A stretch of 64,000 bases of DNA from Kondoa subrosea (lineage: Eukaryota), in assembly GCA_039545335.1 (NCBI GenBank), contig BCIN01000005.1, forward strand, positions 1,271,946 through 1,335,945, given 5' to 3'. Below are positions 40,876 through 54,501 of this stretch, piece by piece. The notes below the pieces were generated by a model. That model did no database searches and was not told the origin of the DNA. It was given only the letters and a program-made list of their open reading frames with translations. Both the position numbers and the translations under genes were made by a program. The stretch's first letter is position 1. Every line of letters begins with the position of its first letter.

Positions 40876-43800
40876 ATGAGCTATCAGCAGCAGCAGCCTT
40901 ATGGCTATCATTCAGATCCCAACAATAGGCAAGACTCACGTTCTCCCTTCGCGTCAGTCTCTGTCTTTTATTTATTTTTGGTGTCTGTGCATTTCTTACT
41001 GTCTTGTATCTAGTGACCCTTATGCGAATGGAAACGCTTCGCTTTATGGAGCTATGCCACCTCATCTGGCACAACCGACTCCTCAATATCCCCCTTCGAC
41101 TATAACTGGTTCGAGCTATTCTTTGCACGACACACCTCTAGACGATGAAATGGGAAGCGATGAAGATGAAAAAGGTTACAATCATCTAAGACATACGGCA
41201 GACGATGATGATCGAACTCCGCTGAAAACTGAATTCTCTGGTCATGATATGCCGGGAGGTTTTGTGGATCCTGATTCATACAGTTTACCTTCAGTTGGTT
41301 ACAATGGTAGAAAAGGTGGTGCGGGTGGCTTGACGAGGAAGGAAACAAACGCGATTGCTTTCAGGCAAAGACAGAGAGATATCGGACGAGCTAAAACTAA
41401 GAAGGTTGTTCTTCAGAAAGGTCATTTCATTGCGTTAGTCTCGTCATCCTATGCTTTTGACCGGGAGCTGATTGTCTATCAGCGAATATCCTGTACCTAC
41501 TGCTATTCTAAACGCGAATCGCAATGCTCAAGTTGGAAACAGTGAGGAAATAGCATACCTATTTGATTTGATTGCTGATGTTTCTTTTCGCCAGACGATC
41601 ACGTACGCTAATTGCATCAAGTCTCCATGCGCTGATTCTGTCTTCTTTAGCCCGAAGAATTCTCTCATTTACGTTACACCGCAGCAACTTGTGACCCAGA
41701 GTGAGCACATTCGTCTCCATTTGTCCAAACCATTACTGATTTCAAATGCGAACCATAGTGACTTCACCACTGATTTAGGCTGGACTCTGCGGCCCTCTAA
41801 TTTCAATCGTACTACTGAATTGCTCATTGCTATAGTACGTCTTTCGCTATGTGGATCGAGCAAAGCTGATTTTGGTGTCGCAGACATACTACAACGAGGT
41901 CAGTGGATCGGAAGGGTATTCAGCTCACGCTTATTTCCCCTTTTCCATGATGACAGGACAAAATCCTTATGGCTAGAACTTTACACGGCGTCATGGAAAA
42001 CATTACAGAAATGGTTCGAAACAAGTACTCTGAGTTCCGAAGAGTAGCAGAACAATCTTCTGGTGAAGGCGGAGTGCATTCAGGAACGGAAGCTTGGAAA
42101 AGAGTTGTCGTTACTTTGGTCTTCGATGGCTTAGAGCCAGCCGACAAAGAAACTTTGGAGTAGGCACCGTTTTCTATCCCGCATTCGTAGAATAAACTCT
42201 GATTCGTGTAATGTTTATAGTTTATTGGCTACTTTAGGGTTGTATCAAGATGCCATTATGCAAAAATCAGTGGATGGAAAAGAAACAGAAGCTCATATTT
42301 TCGAATACACTACCGCTTTATCCATGTCTGCAAAACCTCAACTCATTCAACCTCAACCTAATGATCCGAAATCACTCGTTCCAGTCCAGATGATTTTTGT
42401 GCTTAAAGTTTGACATTTCATTCGCTGTCTTCTGAACAACGCCGCTGATTAAGTTGATAGGCCAAAAATGCAAAGAAAATCAATTGTAGGTGCACAGCGT
42501 CTACCTGTCAGACTAATCTGATGGGTGTGCTTTACTATAACTACAGCCCATCGGTGGTTGTTCAACGCGATTGGCAAACTTCTCAGACCAGAAGTCTGCA
42601 TCCTTCTCGATGCGGGTACCAAACCTGGTCCAAGATCGTTATACTAGTCCGTTACCGTCTTCTCCCTGCGTCCGTACAAGCTGACTCCTGGTTGCGTCCA
42701 ATAGCTTATGGGAAGCTTTCTCGCATAATCGAACTCGTGAGCATCTCTTCGTCGAAGAGTAGAGAAAGAAATCTCATTTGCTATGCCAGTGGGTGGTGCT
42801 TGTGGTGAAGTCAGTACTCGCGCTAAAGAGGATGATGAATTGACTGATGATGTGAAACAGATTCATGCTATGTTGAAGGGTGGCAAGAAGTTGCTGAATC
42901 CTCTGGGTGAGAAGTGTTTACTTCTCTCAAGTTCATCCGCTAATCTCCAGCAAAGTCGCCGCGCAAAACTTTGAAGTAAGTTTATCATGTAATGATCTGT
43001 GGCAGTACTGACTTTGATGTTAAGTGTACGTGATAGGAGATTGGTTAGCTTGTAATGAGCTTACATCGAGACTACCATTGCTACAGACAAAGTGAGCCGA
43101 TTACGCGTTGCTAATAAGTTTGCTTACTTTCCCGCAACGCAGATGAGTAACATCCTCGACAAACCTCTCGAATCGGCTTTTGGCTACGTCAGTGTCTTGC
43201 CTGGTGCTTTCTCAGCTTACCGATATCGAGCCATCCAAGGACGACCGCTTGAGCAGTACTTTCACGGTGGTCAGTCACAGCGATATGAATCACTTTACAT
43301 TGCTCGATCTTATCGTTTGTGTTGACAGATCATTCGATGGCATGTTCTCACTGGTCGGCGTATCTTGCACATTGCTAAGATTAATCCAGGCTGAACGTCT
43401 TGGATCTAAAGGCATTCTAGGCATGAGTATCTTCCAGAAGAATATGTTCTTGGCTGAGGATCGAATGTTGGTCTCTCGCTTTCCCCATACCTGCGCAGAT
43501 CCTCATTCTTTTATCAGTCTATGTTTCGAATTGGTCGCAAAGGCCAACGAACGCTGGACGCTCGGTAAGCTTTCGTGAATGAGCTGCCTTGTAACATGCG
43601 CTGAGCCGAATAATCTTAACAGGCTATGTCAAACCGGCTAGTCAGTACTGAACTGCTCAATGTTGGTATTTGGCTGATTGTATTCCGCAGAGGGTGAAAC
43701 CGATGTACCGGAACAAGCAGCGGAACTCAGTAAGTCGCGCCAATAGACTGTGTCCCTCTGTATTGACACTTCATTGTAGTCAGTCAGCGCCGACGATGGC

Positions 43801-45942
43801 TCAACGGAAGTTTTGCCGCAGGAGTCTACTCTCTTGTGCAGTGAGCTCGACTCATTGCAAGCAAAGATTACCGCTGACTGGCTATCGACAGCTTTGGCCG
43901 AATCTACAAGAGCAACCATAATGTTATTCGCATGTTCTTCTTCCACATTCAAGCTATCTACAACATAATCAATCTACTAATGAGGTGAGTCAGAGTCCTT
44001 CGAGGTTCACACTTATTTCAATTTCTTCCCATTTCCAGTTGGTTTCAACTTGGTATGCGCCTTCGTGTCTCCCGCTGTCTTCTCTAACGCAAGCATACAG
44101 GCAACATTTTCCTTACCTTTAGTATAATCATAATGATGTACGTTGTTGACTTTGTCAGGCCCGACAAAGCTCATTCGTTACAGCGTTGGCGATAATTTGC
44201 GCAACCCAAGTCTAGCTGGAGGAGCTGTTGAACAAGCTTGCTGGGCCGGTACCTTCTTGCAGGAAGGACAAGGTAGCTACCTGAAGGAGCATGATGTACT
44301 TGGCACATTCAAGTAAGATACCTGCCTAGACGAAGTGTTTTGCTCATACTTCATATAGCTGGGCGCTGATTACTGTCTACCTGGCTGTCTGCGCGTATCA
44401 AGTGAGGACAATTGTCTCCGAGTGATACACATGGCTGAACTGTTTCAGGTTATTCTCGCTCTGGGAAATCGACCGAAGGGTGAAAAGGTTGCTTACGCTC
44501 TTTGCTTCTGGTTCTTCGCCTTCTGTGCTGGATGGTTGATCTTCAATACTGTAAGTATGCTCTCCGCTATGATAGATTGATGCCTACCTGCTATTTGACT
44601 AGGTCTTTCTAACCATCAAAGCTTTCTGCCCGATCAATACTTTGATGAAACAGGCGACTGCTAAAGGTGATAGCTCAATCAGTGTCTTCTTCAGCAGGTG
44701 AGTTTTAGCACTTGTGTTGTAAAGTCTGACTAAATTCCTTGCACAGCACATACGGGTTAGCTGAATAACAAATCATCTCGTATGCAGGCTAACCAGTCAT
44801 TAGACCTATCTTCGCTGGTCTGTAAGTAAGATGTTCCAAATCGACTGAATACGCTGATCAATGTGTGGTAGTCTCGGAACATTCGGTGTTTACATTATCA
44901 GCAGTTTGATCTACCTGGAACCATGGCATTTGCTCAACTCCGTGAGTGAGCAGCCTTCCTGCCTTTTTTCTATCCTGACGACTGTTCAGATGCCGCAATG
45001 TCAGTATAAGATCCGATTAACGGTCATTGCTTAATGCTTGAACAGATCTGCTGATCGCCATCTCTTTTACTAACATGTGAGCTGATCGAATGCTCCATCA
45101 GATTTGTCTAATCAAATGTACAGCTTGAATGTATATGCCTTCTGCAATTTACAGTCAGTTTTTTCTATCATTTGATATCAATACTGATATGGCCACAGTG
45201 ACGTCTCGTGGGGAACTAGTAAGCTTTTGGCTATATTTCGCTCCACTCTGGCTCAATTTGCTCGTTACAGAGGGATCCGATAAAGCTGATGTATTACCAG
45301 CGGTAAAGTCAAAGAAAGCTGCAGGAGCAGATGGAGCTGTCGCGGAAGTAACGGAAAAGGTGCAAGAGGATATTGAGTGAGCGCGGTCGTACTTTGAACC
45401 CGATTTTATCTTAGTAATCTTGTTTTTCAGTCAAGCATTCGAAGCGACCGTCAAGCGAGCTTTGCGTCCGCTGCCCAAAGGAGAAGAGAACGCAGAGAAG
45501 CCAAGTATGGACGATAGCAATCGAACCTTCCGTACTCGGTCAGTCAAATCTCCCATCAGGCACTACAATGATGATAGTATTTGTGCACAGATTGGTTTGC
45601 GTGTGGCTGGCTTGCAACACTGCTCTAGCTTTGGTCATCTCTCGTCTGGGTAGCCATCCTCGTACAATCTAGTAAAACTCTCCGATCTCCGTTTGACGGC
45701 TGCTAATAGCTTGATACAGTTTCCAGTGCATTCTTTGGATAACATTCGTGAGCAATGCATGACCTTATTAGTCACGTGCTGACAGACTCAACCACAGGGT
45801 CTATCTGGCATCAGACTAACAGGCTTCCTTTGGTAAATGCACGCGTCAAAGTATTCTTGCACCACTTACGCGTACTCTTAGGTATATCTTTGGCGAATAC
45901 ATTTTCCGCCTTGTTCGTCTCTGCACAAGAAGAAAGCGCTGA
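40876..45942 (+). CDS. Chitin synthase (division 1, class I-III type), very intron-rich
   Basis: [83 protein letters not shown]. Confidence 0.95.
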
Positions 45943-46134
45943 ATGCAATGCGCAATGCAAGAAAATTGTTGAATCGTTTCTATTGTGCTGAGATACCAAA
46001 GCGAATACAAGGACACTATGCATATCTCCATTTCCTCGTCATGTAATATAGTCATAAGGCTCTTTTTTTGGATTTTGTATGCATGCATCATAGAGGTCAT
46101 TTCTGTCTTCTTCCTAAACCAGATTCTGGCGAAC

Positions 46135-47925
46135 ATGTCTGGCGATGTGGACATGCAAGCTGGTCCCAGCAGCTACAGACCTACCTTTGGAAAGCCTGAA
46201 CCCAAGCGTCAACCGAAAGAACGCAAGAGAGCTCCGTTGAAGGGAAAGAATCTACCTGCCAATGCAAACACGAGCAACGCCTGGATCAGTGCAGAAACGA
46301 GTACAGACTACAAAGCGGACTCTCTGCAGTTGACTAATCACTCAGATCCAAGCAATGTTACAAATCTCGCAAAATTCACTAATGTGCATCGACTGGATTT
46401 GGCTGGCTCTCAGCTAGAATGTGGCTTGAGCTTTCTACTCCCTTTCGCGGTGAGGTTTATCGCATGCAAGTGACATCTTCAGGCTGATCTTCACTTTCAG
46501 TCCACACTCACTTGGCTGAGCTTCAAGGGTTGCATGGGCTTGCAAGATTTCACTGGCTTAGAAGAACTGACCACACTCTATGTGTTAAATTTGCAAGATT
46601 GCGGTTTGCAAGTCCTGCCTCTCGAACTAGCGACCATGGATCAACTTCAAGCCCTAATTTTGACTGGCAATGCCTTGACCGATCTACCTTATTTAGAAGA
46701 TAAGATGGAACTCAATACTCTAGTCGTTTCTAAGAACTCTTTAACCTCTTTACCTGAATCTGTATCCGCCTTGAAAAGCTTGACTAAACTTAGTGCTGCT
46801 TACAATCAGCTCACTGCCGATACTCTGCTCGATCTCTCTTCATTACCAGATCTAAGAGAGGTCCGGCTCAACAATAATCCGACTCTCGATAAACTACCTT
46901 CACACGTCTCTACTTGGGCCAACTCGAGATTGCAGATCTTGGAAATCGGTAGTTGCGGTTTTTCGACTTGGGATGCATTGGAGCCATTGGAGGCACAAGT
47001 GGAATTGACGCATTTGAATCTGAGAAACAATCCTCTAGAACCGGGCGAAAAGACGAATCCTGCTGAATACGAGGAATATAAAGGATTGGTGAGCCTGTTA
47101 GCTGATCGGAAGGGATGTGTTGACCTGAAACGTATCACTCAGGCCCAGGCACTATTACCAAAACTCAAAGTGCTCGATAACAAGCGATTCGACGAGGCCT
47201 TCCTCGCCCGCAAAGCCAAACGAAAAGCAGATGCGAAAACCAAATCAGAGTCGGGCGAAGCCTCCGTATCGAAGAAAGCCAAGAAACTTACCAGCAAAGC
47301 TCAACCACCATCCCGCTATTTGGACGATGACAAGGCTATTTCAGAGAAAAACGAGGCAATCGAAAATCAGAAATCGAGCAAGAAGAAAAGGAAACGCGAT
47401 GCTTCCCCGCCTCCGTTGACTGTCTATGGTGATGCTCTGCCTGATTTGCCTCCCTCTCAGCTTTCTTCTTCTTCTACCACTCCTGCAATGATCAGCGAAG
47501 CGCAAGAAGTCAAATCGAGCAAGGGAGAGGAGACGAAAGTGAAAGTGGTGGATGTAACTGAAAGCGATCAGAAGGTTAGCGAACAGTTACCTGTGCAGAA
47601 AGGCAAGCGGAAAGCAGCAGAAGTCGAAGCTGGACAAGCCAAGCCAGCGCAGAAGAGGAAACGCCCGGCAAAGAAGACGAAAGTTACCGCTGAAGAGAAA
47701 GCTGCACTTGCTGTTGGCGGATCACTGTCTGAGACATCTGTGAAAGCTGCAGAGCCTAGTCAGAAAGCGGCATTGCGCGAGCAAACGGAAGTACAGGGCG
47801 AAGCCGCAAAGTTTAAAGTCATCGAAGTCAAGAAGAAGCGACCGAAAGCCAGAAGTGATATCACTGCCCTTCTTGAGAGTAAGGTCACGGAATTAGGTGG
47901 AGATCTGAACGTGGGCGGTTGGTAG
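46135..47925 (+). CDS. Leucine-rich repeat protein with Lys-rich tail
   Basis: Repeated LxxLxLxxNxL units, LRR cap LPKLKVLDNKRF, basic NLS-like C-terminus; introns near 46450-46500 and 47090-47142. Confidence 0.8.
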
Positions 47926-48010
47926 TGAGGCATTTTGCCTAACACATGCATGTCATGTTACAGCTTGAGTTATCTTTGTATGCTTAATGAAATAGCGATA
48001 GCAAGTAGTA

Positions 48011-50665
48011 TTACTCATTATAACGCGATCGGGCCTTGTCGCCTATATGGAAAATCTGATCAGTTGCCTTTCATAGAAGAAACGTAGCCGCAACACACGT
48101 CCTTTGATATTGCTGTTCCAGCTGAGATTCTGATTCTGAGCACCAACAACTTCGCCTTTATCTGCACCGATACCAGCTCCTGCAGCAAACATCTTGACGG
48201 TGATGGGATCAACAGATCCGGATGCTTTCAATGCTTCGCCCTCCTTCCAACCGGCAGCTTCTAGCAGCTTGCGACCTCTGTTGTCCGCAGTAATACCCTG
48301 ATTGTTCGGCTGAATGACAGGCGCTGGTGGAGCAGGACCAGGTTCATAACGAGGTCTTTTCCCTCGACTGTCCGTGTCAAGCACCGGCTTGTCAGGTTGA
48401 CCAAGGATTTGTCTACGTTCAGCTGCCCTATCTCGGTACTGCTGCGAAGTCGTATCAGATTCAGCTTCAGTCACGACAACTGCTTGAGCCGGAGGAGCAA
48501 CAGCAGCCTTCTTCTCAACAGCAGCAGCTCGTTTGTCTTTGTCGGTCAGATTATTCTGTACAATACAGACTCCGATCAGAGAGAAATCTCGATGCGGTAA
48601 CAACAAGCTTGTCTGTACCTTATGAAGGTCAGATTTGTCATTATGTCTTCGCAACTCGTCAACACTTTTGAATTGGCGTTGACAAAGAAGACACTGGAAC
48701 TTGATCGGATCGGCGTAAGGAAACTCATCCGCCGGAGCAGAATAAGTACTTGGCTGTAGAGGTCTGAGTATCGTTCAACAGCGTGGTATTATGAACATAC
48801 TGGAACGACTTCGTCTTTTCTCTTGTCCCATTGTTGTATAAAGGCATTATTCTGATGTATTGCTCAGCATCATGTCAATGAAAGGCATGATTCACCTCAC
48901 CTTTTTTGCGGCAATAGGTTCTGCAGCTTTACGTTTATCGCCGGCGCTAAATAGCTTGGATTTTAGTATCTGCACCAATGATACTGATAGACCCGTACCG
49001 TAGCTCGACAGAAATCATAGCTGTCTCAGGATTTAGCCCGGCTTCTCTCTTTTTCCGATCAGCAGCAAGTTTCTCCTTCTCGATACCAGCAAGAAAAGCT
49101 TCATCCTCTTCTTTTGTTCGAACTTGTGCAGGTAAACCAGCAGGGTCGGCTGGAGGTACAGCAAGAACACTGGCAAATCCCTTCTGGTCCCAATATTGCA
49201 AATCGCCCGAACCGTCCAGAGGTTTAAAATTCCATTCAGATGGCGTATAAACTGGTCGAAAAGCATCTTGAGAAGCAAAAGTCAATTCAGGTGTTGCTCT
49301 TGCTATTTTGAATCCGGATGGATGTAATAAAGGATCCAGCAAAGACTGCATGGCAACTACAGCAGCCTATATAAAAAAGGTTTGTAAAAGAACAACACAG
49401 TGAGCAAAAGGTGCCATGCGAAAAAGTTGAAAAGGCAAGCAACATTGTGATTCACAAGCTCGAGGAAACAGAATCCCCAGCTGGATTTGGAGGTTCGGTC
49501 TTTGATAAGAAGAATGCGTCTGATACCTCCAGATTTGCCTGTCTGTTCAAAATGTCTGTTGAGACTGCTGACGATTTGGGACTCTGTGGTCAAAGCATCC
49601 AAATGGCGCAAAAGAAGGAATTTGTTTGGATGAGTGACAGCGTCCTTGTAACCGTCGTTCGGCCCAGATTCGCGATGATCAGAGTACGCGTCATCGTTGA
49701 CTATCAAAAGTCAGAGAAGCATCAAGACTGTCTAAGTGTTGCGCACTTGGCCTTCGCGGCTCAGGTCGCTGTCCCGGCAATTTGTCTGTCTGGCTGTAAT
49801 CAACCTGCACAGCCGTCATGATTTAACACCCACTCTAGCAAGACGATGCGCACCTTGACGCGGATAGGAGACACTGCTTCTCCAACTTGACCAGGTTCGC
49901 GCCAATGTACAGCAGGAAAGTTCGGTTCAACGAAAGCTCGAGCGTGTTCCACTGTCACAAATCTGGCGAACCCAAAGCCTTTGGAAAGTCCTGTATGTTT
50001 GTCTTTGACTATAGTCGTACTGTCAAGTTGAGCTCCCATATCTTCTAAGAATGCTCGGAGACCGTTGTCATCCACATGAGATGGCAAACCAATCAGTATA
50101 GCTGTTTGACATGGCGCAGACTTCTTATCCCGGGGCTAGGAGGTAGAGATTGAGCCAGGTGCGGCGAAATGAGTAATATTCTCTTACGTTATTGCGTGGA
50201 TATTGGTCTCTAGCAGGGGCCGCGGGCGGATAGCCTCTTGCGGTTTCGTCAGAATAGTGACCTGGTCCAGCAGAGTACGGCGGATACTGAGCAGGAGCAC
50301 GATGATATGAGTTGTGAGGTGGATAGACGTCTGATTGCTGATAATAAGGTGGTGCTTGATAGCCTTGATGCGACATGTACTGTTGCGGTGGTGGCGGCGC
50401 TCCGTATGGAGGATAGGCAGGGTGCTACGAGGCGAAGGAACAAAGTAAAATGTAGAGAAGAGCGAATGAAACAATGAATACAATGTACTAAATAGTGAGA
50501 GCAAGACGAAAGGCAACAAACTTGATAGCCTGGACCGTTTATAGGTGCACTTGGATGTCCATAGGCATCAGCTGGATGGTAGCTGTTTCGATTGTACACA
50601 TCTGGTGCATTGCTCGGTGGATATCCTTGTGGTCCTCGCTGGCCAGGGTATTGATTGTAGCTCAT
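48011..50665 (-). CDS. RBM5/RBM10-like RNA-binding protein (2 RRM, C2H2 finger, G-patch)
   Basis: KGFGFARF and WGFCFLEL RNP1 motifs, CLLCQRQFKSVDELRRHNDKSDLHK, YRDRAAERR, NRGRKLLEAAGWKEGEAL. Confidence 0.88.
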
Positions 50666-50834
50666 GGTATGCAGTCGCTCTAGGCGAATCTCGCTGTCCA
50701 AGACAAGGCCTTGAAATTCAAAGAAGACAGCAATGAGGCCAACTTCGGCCTGACACCGAAAGCTAGGTATCTCTTCTAATCTATGCAAGCTGGTCGGTCT
50801 TACAATGTTACAATAGTATACAGATACTTGTTCA

Positions 50835-53800
50835 TCAGTCTTCTTCATCTTCTCCCACATCAGCGTAAGTACGTTTGTTCCTTCTCGATGCTGCACCTTT
50901 AGCACCTCTACCTCTCGAAGACTTTGCTCCACGAGGCTTTCCTGCGCGACCTCTTCCTCTAGAGCTTCTGCCTCTTATACTACCTCGTGTCGGTGCATCA
51001 GTATTGCCACCGGGACAGGCATTTGACTGTTAGTTATCATCAGAAAAGCATCCTGGGACAAGCAGAGTCTTACAAAGTGTCCAGCTTCACCGCACTTGAA
51101 GCAAGAGCTGTGTTTTTGTCAGTCGTATACGTCTGCTCAACATTGGAGCACTTACTAATTAGATCCTCCAGCATCAGCATTTGGTGCCGTACGAGCGCGA
51201 GGAGCAGCTTGACCTCCTCGGCCATTCTCGTCTGCCCATTCGAAGCTATCACAGTTATCAGCTAGACTCCACATGGTGATTTGAATGCCCTACAATTTGC
51301 ATCGAGCTCTTTCGCTAACATTCGGACAGCAATAAAACTGAGATCCTGAGTGAGCGGCTTGCTAGTATCATGAGGATCAATCTGCCTACTTGACGACCTT
51401 TGTTATCGCCCTATACCCAATTTCATGTCATTGAAGCTCAAAAGAAGAGAACAACAGCTTACCTCTTTCGCTACAGTTTTGAGCTGGCCAGCTGTAAGAC
51501 GACATCGCAAAGAGCGAAAGATAACACTCACAGCAGCAGTTAAATTACATGTGCACATCAAAGGATTGTCTTCTGTGTTGATTTCGGCTCGAGGTCTAGC
51601 TTGTCGCTGACGTGGCCCATTCTGCTGTTCAGAAATCAGTCCCTGTATGTTACAGATTCATACCGAGCGTACATCCTGTCGAGCCAGTGGTCTCTGAGCG
51701 GAGCCATTGTCGTCGACCCACGCAAAGAAATTGCATCCTTCATCTTTGCCTCTTGGACAGGTCCAGAACGTGCGACCTTTGTTTGCTGTCTCCGCTCGAA
51801 CTGTTCGTTCCACTGCTGTTTGAGGTTCAGGACATGTACATTGAGGAGCTTCATCTCGAACAACATCTGCTTCTGCTTGTTTGCGTTGACGTTTGGGAGG
51901 TGGTCTGGCTAGAGGATCGTCTGTAGGTAATTCAGATCATCAGAGATAGATGCGGAAGACAAGCTTACCATCATCGTCGTCTTGCCTTGGTCGAGTATTG
52001 CTTTGACGAGTTGTACCTCTACCTCTGGTACCCCTTGGACCTCTCGATCCTCTGCCTCCACTTCTGGGAGGTGCAGGAGGCGGATTGTTGTAGTCATCGT
52101 GATCACTTCCTGCGTCGGATGCATCATCATCATTTTGCTGAGCCTGATGTTGATTCTGATTCCGAGCTGCACCGTTGCCTTGTAAATATTGACCGACAGA
52201 CTATCTTACCATCAGGATGGATAGAAAATGAGGCTTTGCAGACATACATCAATAAGAACGCCAAATTGCTGCCGAGCGCGAAGAAACACTTGTCGATATT
52301 CATCGAGCGTTTCGTCTAGCACTTCTCGTCGTGCTCTGGTGCCATCGCATATCAAGACCATACGCTGCTCCATCTGTACGCGCCATTAGAAAGTGCAGAC
52401 CCTAAGGCAAAATCTACATACTTCTCTACGCAAATGAGGTTTGCTTAGTGATTTTTCGAAACCGATCTTGTTGTAGCCTTCGACTAGGCCAATGCCGAGC
52501 GTCGATGGCAAGAGATATTCGGTCTGGCCTTCTCTTTGCTTCATGACATATTCTCGGTCGCATATCATTGAAATGTGTTGAGCGATGGTAGCATCAGTGC
52601 CTGACCAGATGGATTAGTTTCGCACTAATTAGAAAAGTATTGAAGCTCACCGATACCGTTCTTGTCCATTAGATTGACAAGATCAGCTTCAGTGAGCAAA
52701 CTTGGTCGACTAGTTTGACCTTCGCGCAATTCGCAGACGCTAGGCATGAACTTCTCGCCAACCCTGAAATCGGGAACATAAAAGCCATCCCATTTGTCAT
52801 AGGGGTAGACATCGAGATAATTGCGCTGATGCACAACGAGGCCTGAAGATTTAATCAGTAAAGCGATTGAGGCTTAACTTTGTCCAATCACCTGAAGTAT
52901 GAAACTCTTCTGAAGCCACAGTGATATCAACCGTCGTCTGAGATCCAGTAGCATTCTTGGAACAGCAAGCTAAGAAACGACGAGTGATGACTTCGTAAAC
53001 GCGCTTTTCATCGCCAGTTAAATTCGAGGCATGAGCAGTAGGATGAATCGGAGGATGAGCTTTATCGTTCTTTTTGCCGTTTCTCGGTCTTTCAAACCCT
53101 CCATTGCTTAACCTGTGGCTCTATATCAGCAAGTCTACTGGAATTGTTCGGAATAAGGGCTAACATCTGGGCGAAAGCTCCCCATCGATCATCTGTCGCT
53201 TGCTTTTGAACCAATTCCATGCAATCAAAGTCTTTATCAAATTGATCTGTTTCTGTTCGAGGATAGCTGACAAATCCACTTTGATACAGTTTTTCAGCGG
53301 TCTGGATTTGCAAGGTCAGTTCTGCAGATCAGCAAGGTATGAATAACAGACCTCCAGAACGCGCTTTGGACTCATATGTAGCAATCGAGATCCACTTTTT
53401 TGCATTTCAACAGTAGTGAGAGGCAGAGGTTTCCTATTTTGCGCTCAGCCATAGCAACGACGAAGAGAGCGGACACACCACTTCTGAGTTGGCTTGGTCT
53501 GGACATTGACTACCTCTGCTTCTGGATCGCCAACACAAAGTTCATACAGAACATAAGTTGCTTCCCAATCAAACAAACGGTTTCGTTTCCAGTTGAAGAC
53601 TGTCTTCTTCGCTTCACCCTCCTTTTCCAATTCGATGTAAATGTACCAAAACGTTTCCGGCACAAAGTTCTGGACTTTCTCGTATTGATCTACTACAAAA
53701 CCGAGAGTAGGAAATTGGCAAGGTCCATAAGAAAGAACTTTGGATTCGAGTTCTGCTGGGAAACGTGCTTGAAGAGTTAGGGTTTGTGCTCGAGTCAACG

Positions 53801-54501
53801 CTGCACCGATGCGAAGATCAAGATCCATTCTTGCTGTAACGGCTGCTGCTTGTCTTAGATCAAGAGGGACTGGATTCCTACAGGCATTGTGGATTTGGCT
53901 GTGCATGATTGCATCAGTAAAGACAGCTCACTGAGACGAGGGAACGTACGCAGGAATAATAGCGGAAAAGCGAGCTCGTTCTACTCTGATGCCGCGGTTG
54001 ACCTTCTTGACGATATCCACAATCTCCGTTCCGATGTGTTCTCCTTCTCGGTCGCAATCCGTCCAGATCATCAACACATCTTTGTTTCTACCTTCTCGCT
54101 CGAGATTGGAGGCGATCCCTTTGCCATCTTTTCGAACAAAAGCTTTGATTTCCGCGTCGAAAAGATCATAAGGATCGCAGTTGCGCCAACCGCGTAAGTT
54201 TTCGTCAGCAAACTCTGTTTCTGTCACATGACCCGTGACTGCTGTCATTGTAAAAGAAGCTTCTCTGCCATTGCCTAAGCGGTAAGTGAAGTCGTAGTTC
54301 TTGATCCATTTGACAGCGCTGGTTCTCTGCGATGTTGGTTTAGCATACTTCGGTAACTGAGTAAGCGACTCGCCGTGGTATATTGACCACCTGAAAGAAT
54401 CTCTGTGACGCTTCGAGAAATTGAAGGCTTCTCAGCGACCAGAAGATCTATAGCTTATTAGAGTGACCTCCATTGCTCTGCTATGTAGACTTACATCGCA
54501 T
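50835..54501 (-). CDS. TOP3: DNA topoisomerase III (type IA) with C-terminal GRF and CCHC zinc fingers and an RG-rich tail
   Basis: MRYLLVAEKPS, TAVTGH, WTDCDREGE, SYGPCQFPTLGF, catalytic SYPRTET, KAHPPIHP, GIGTDAT; tail NKGRTFWTC...CNFFAWVD, CFKCGEAGHFSNACP. Confidence 0.95.

Noticed and set aside
50700..51430. Separate coiled-coil gene suggested by ORFs 51070-51252 and the 5' part of 50249-50932
   Set aside because: Other frames encode the GRF/CCHC/RG tail of TOP3.
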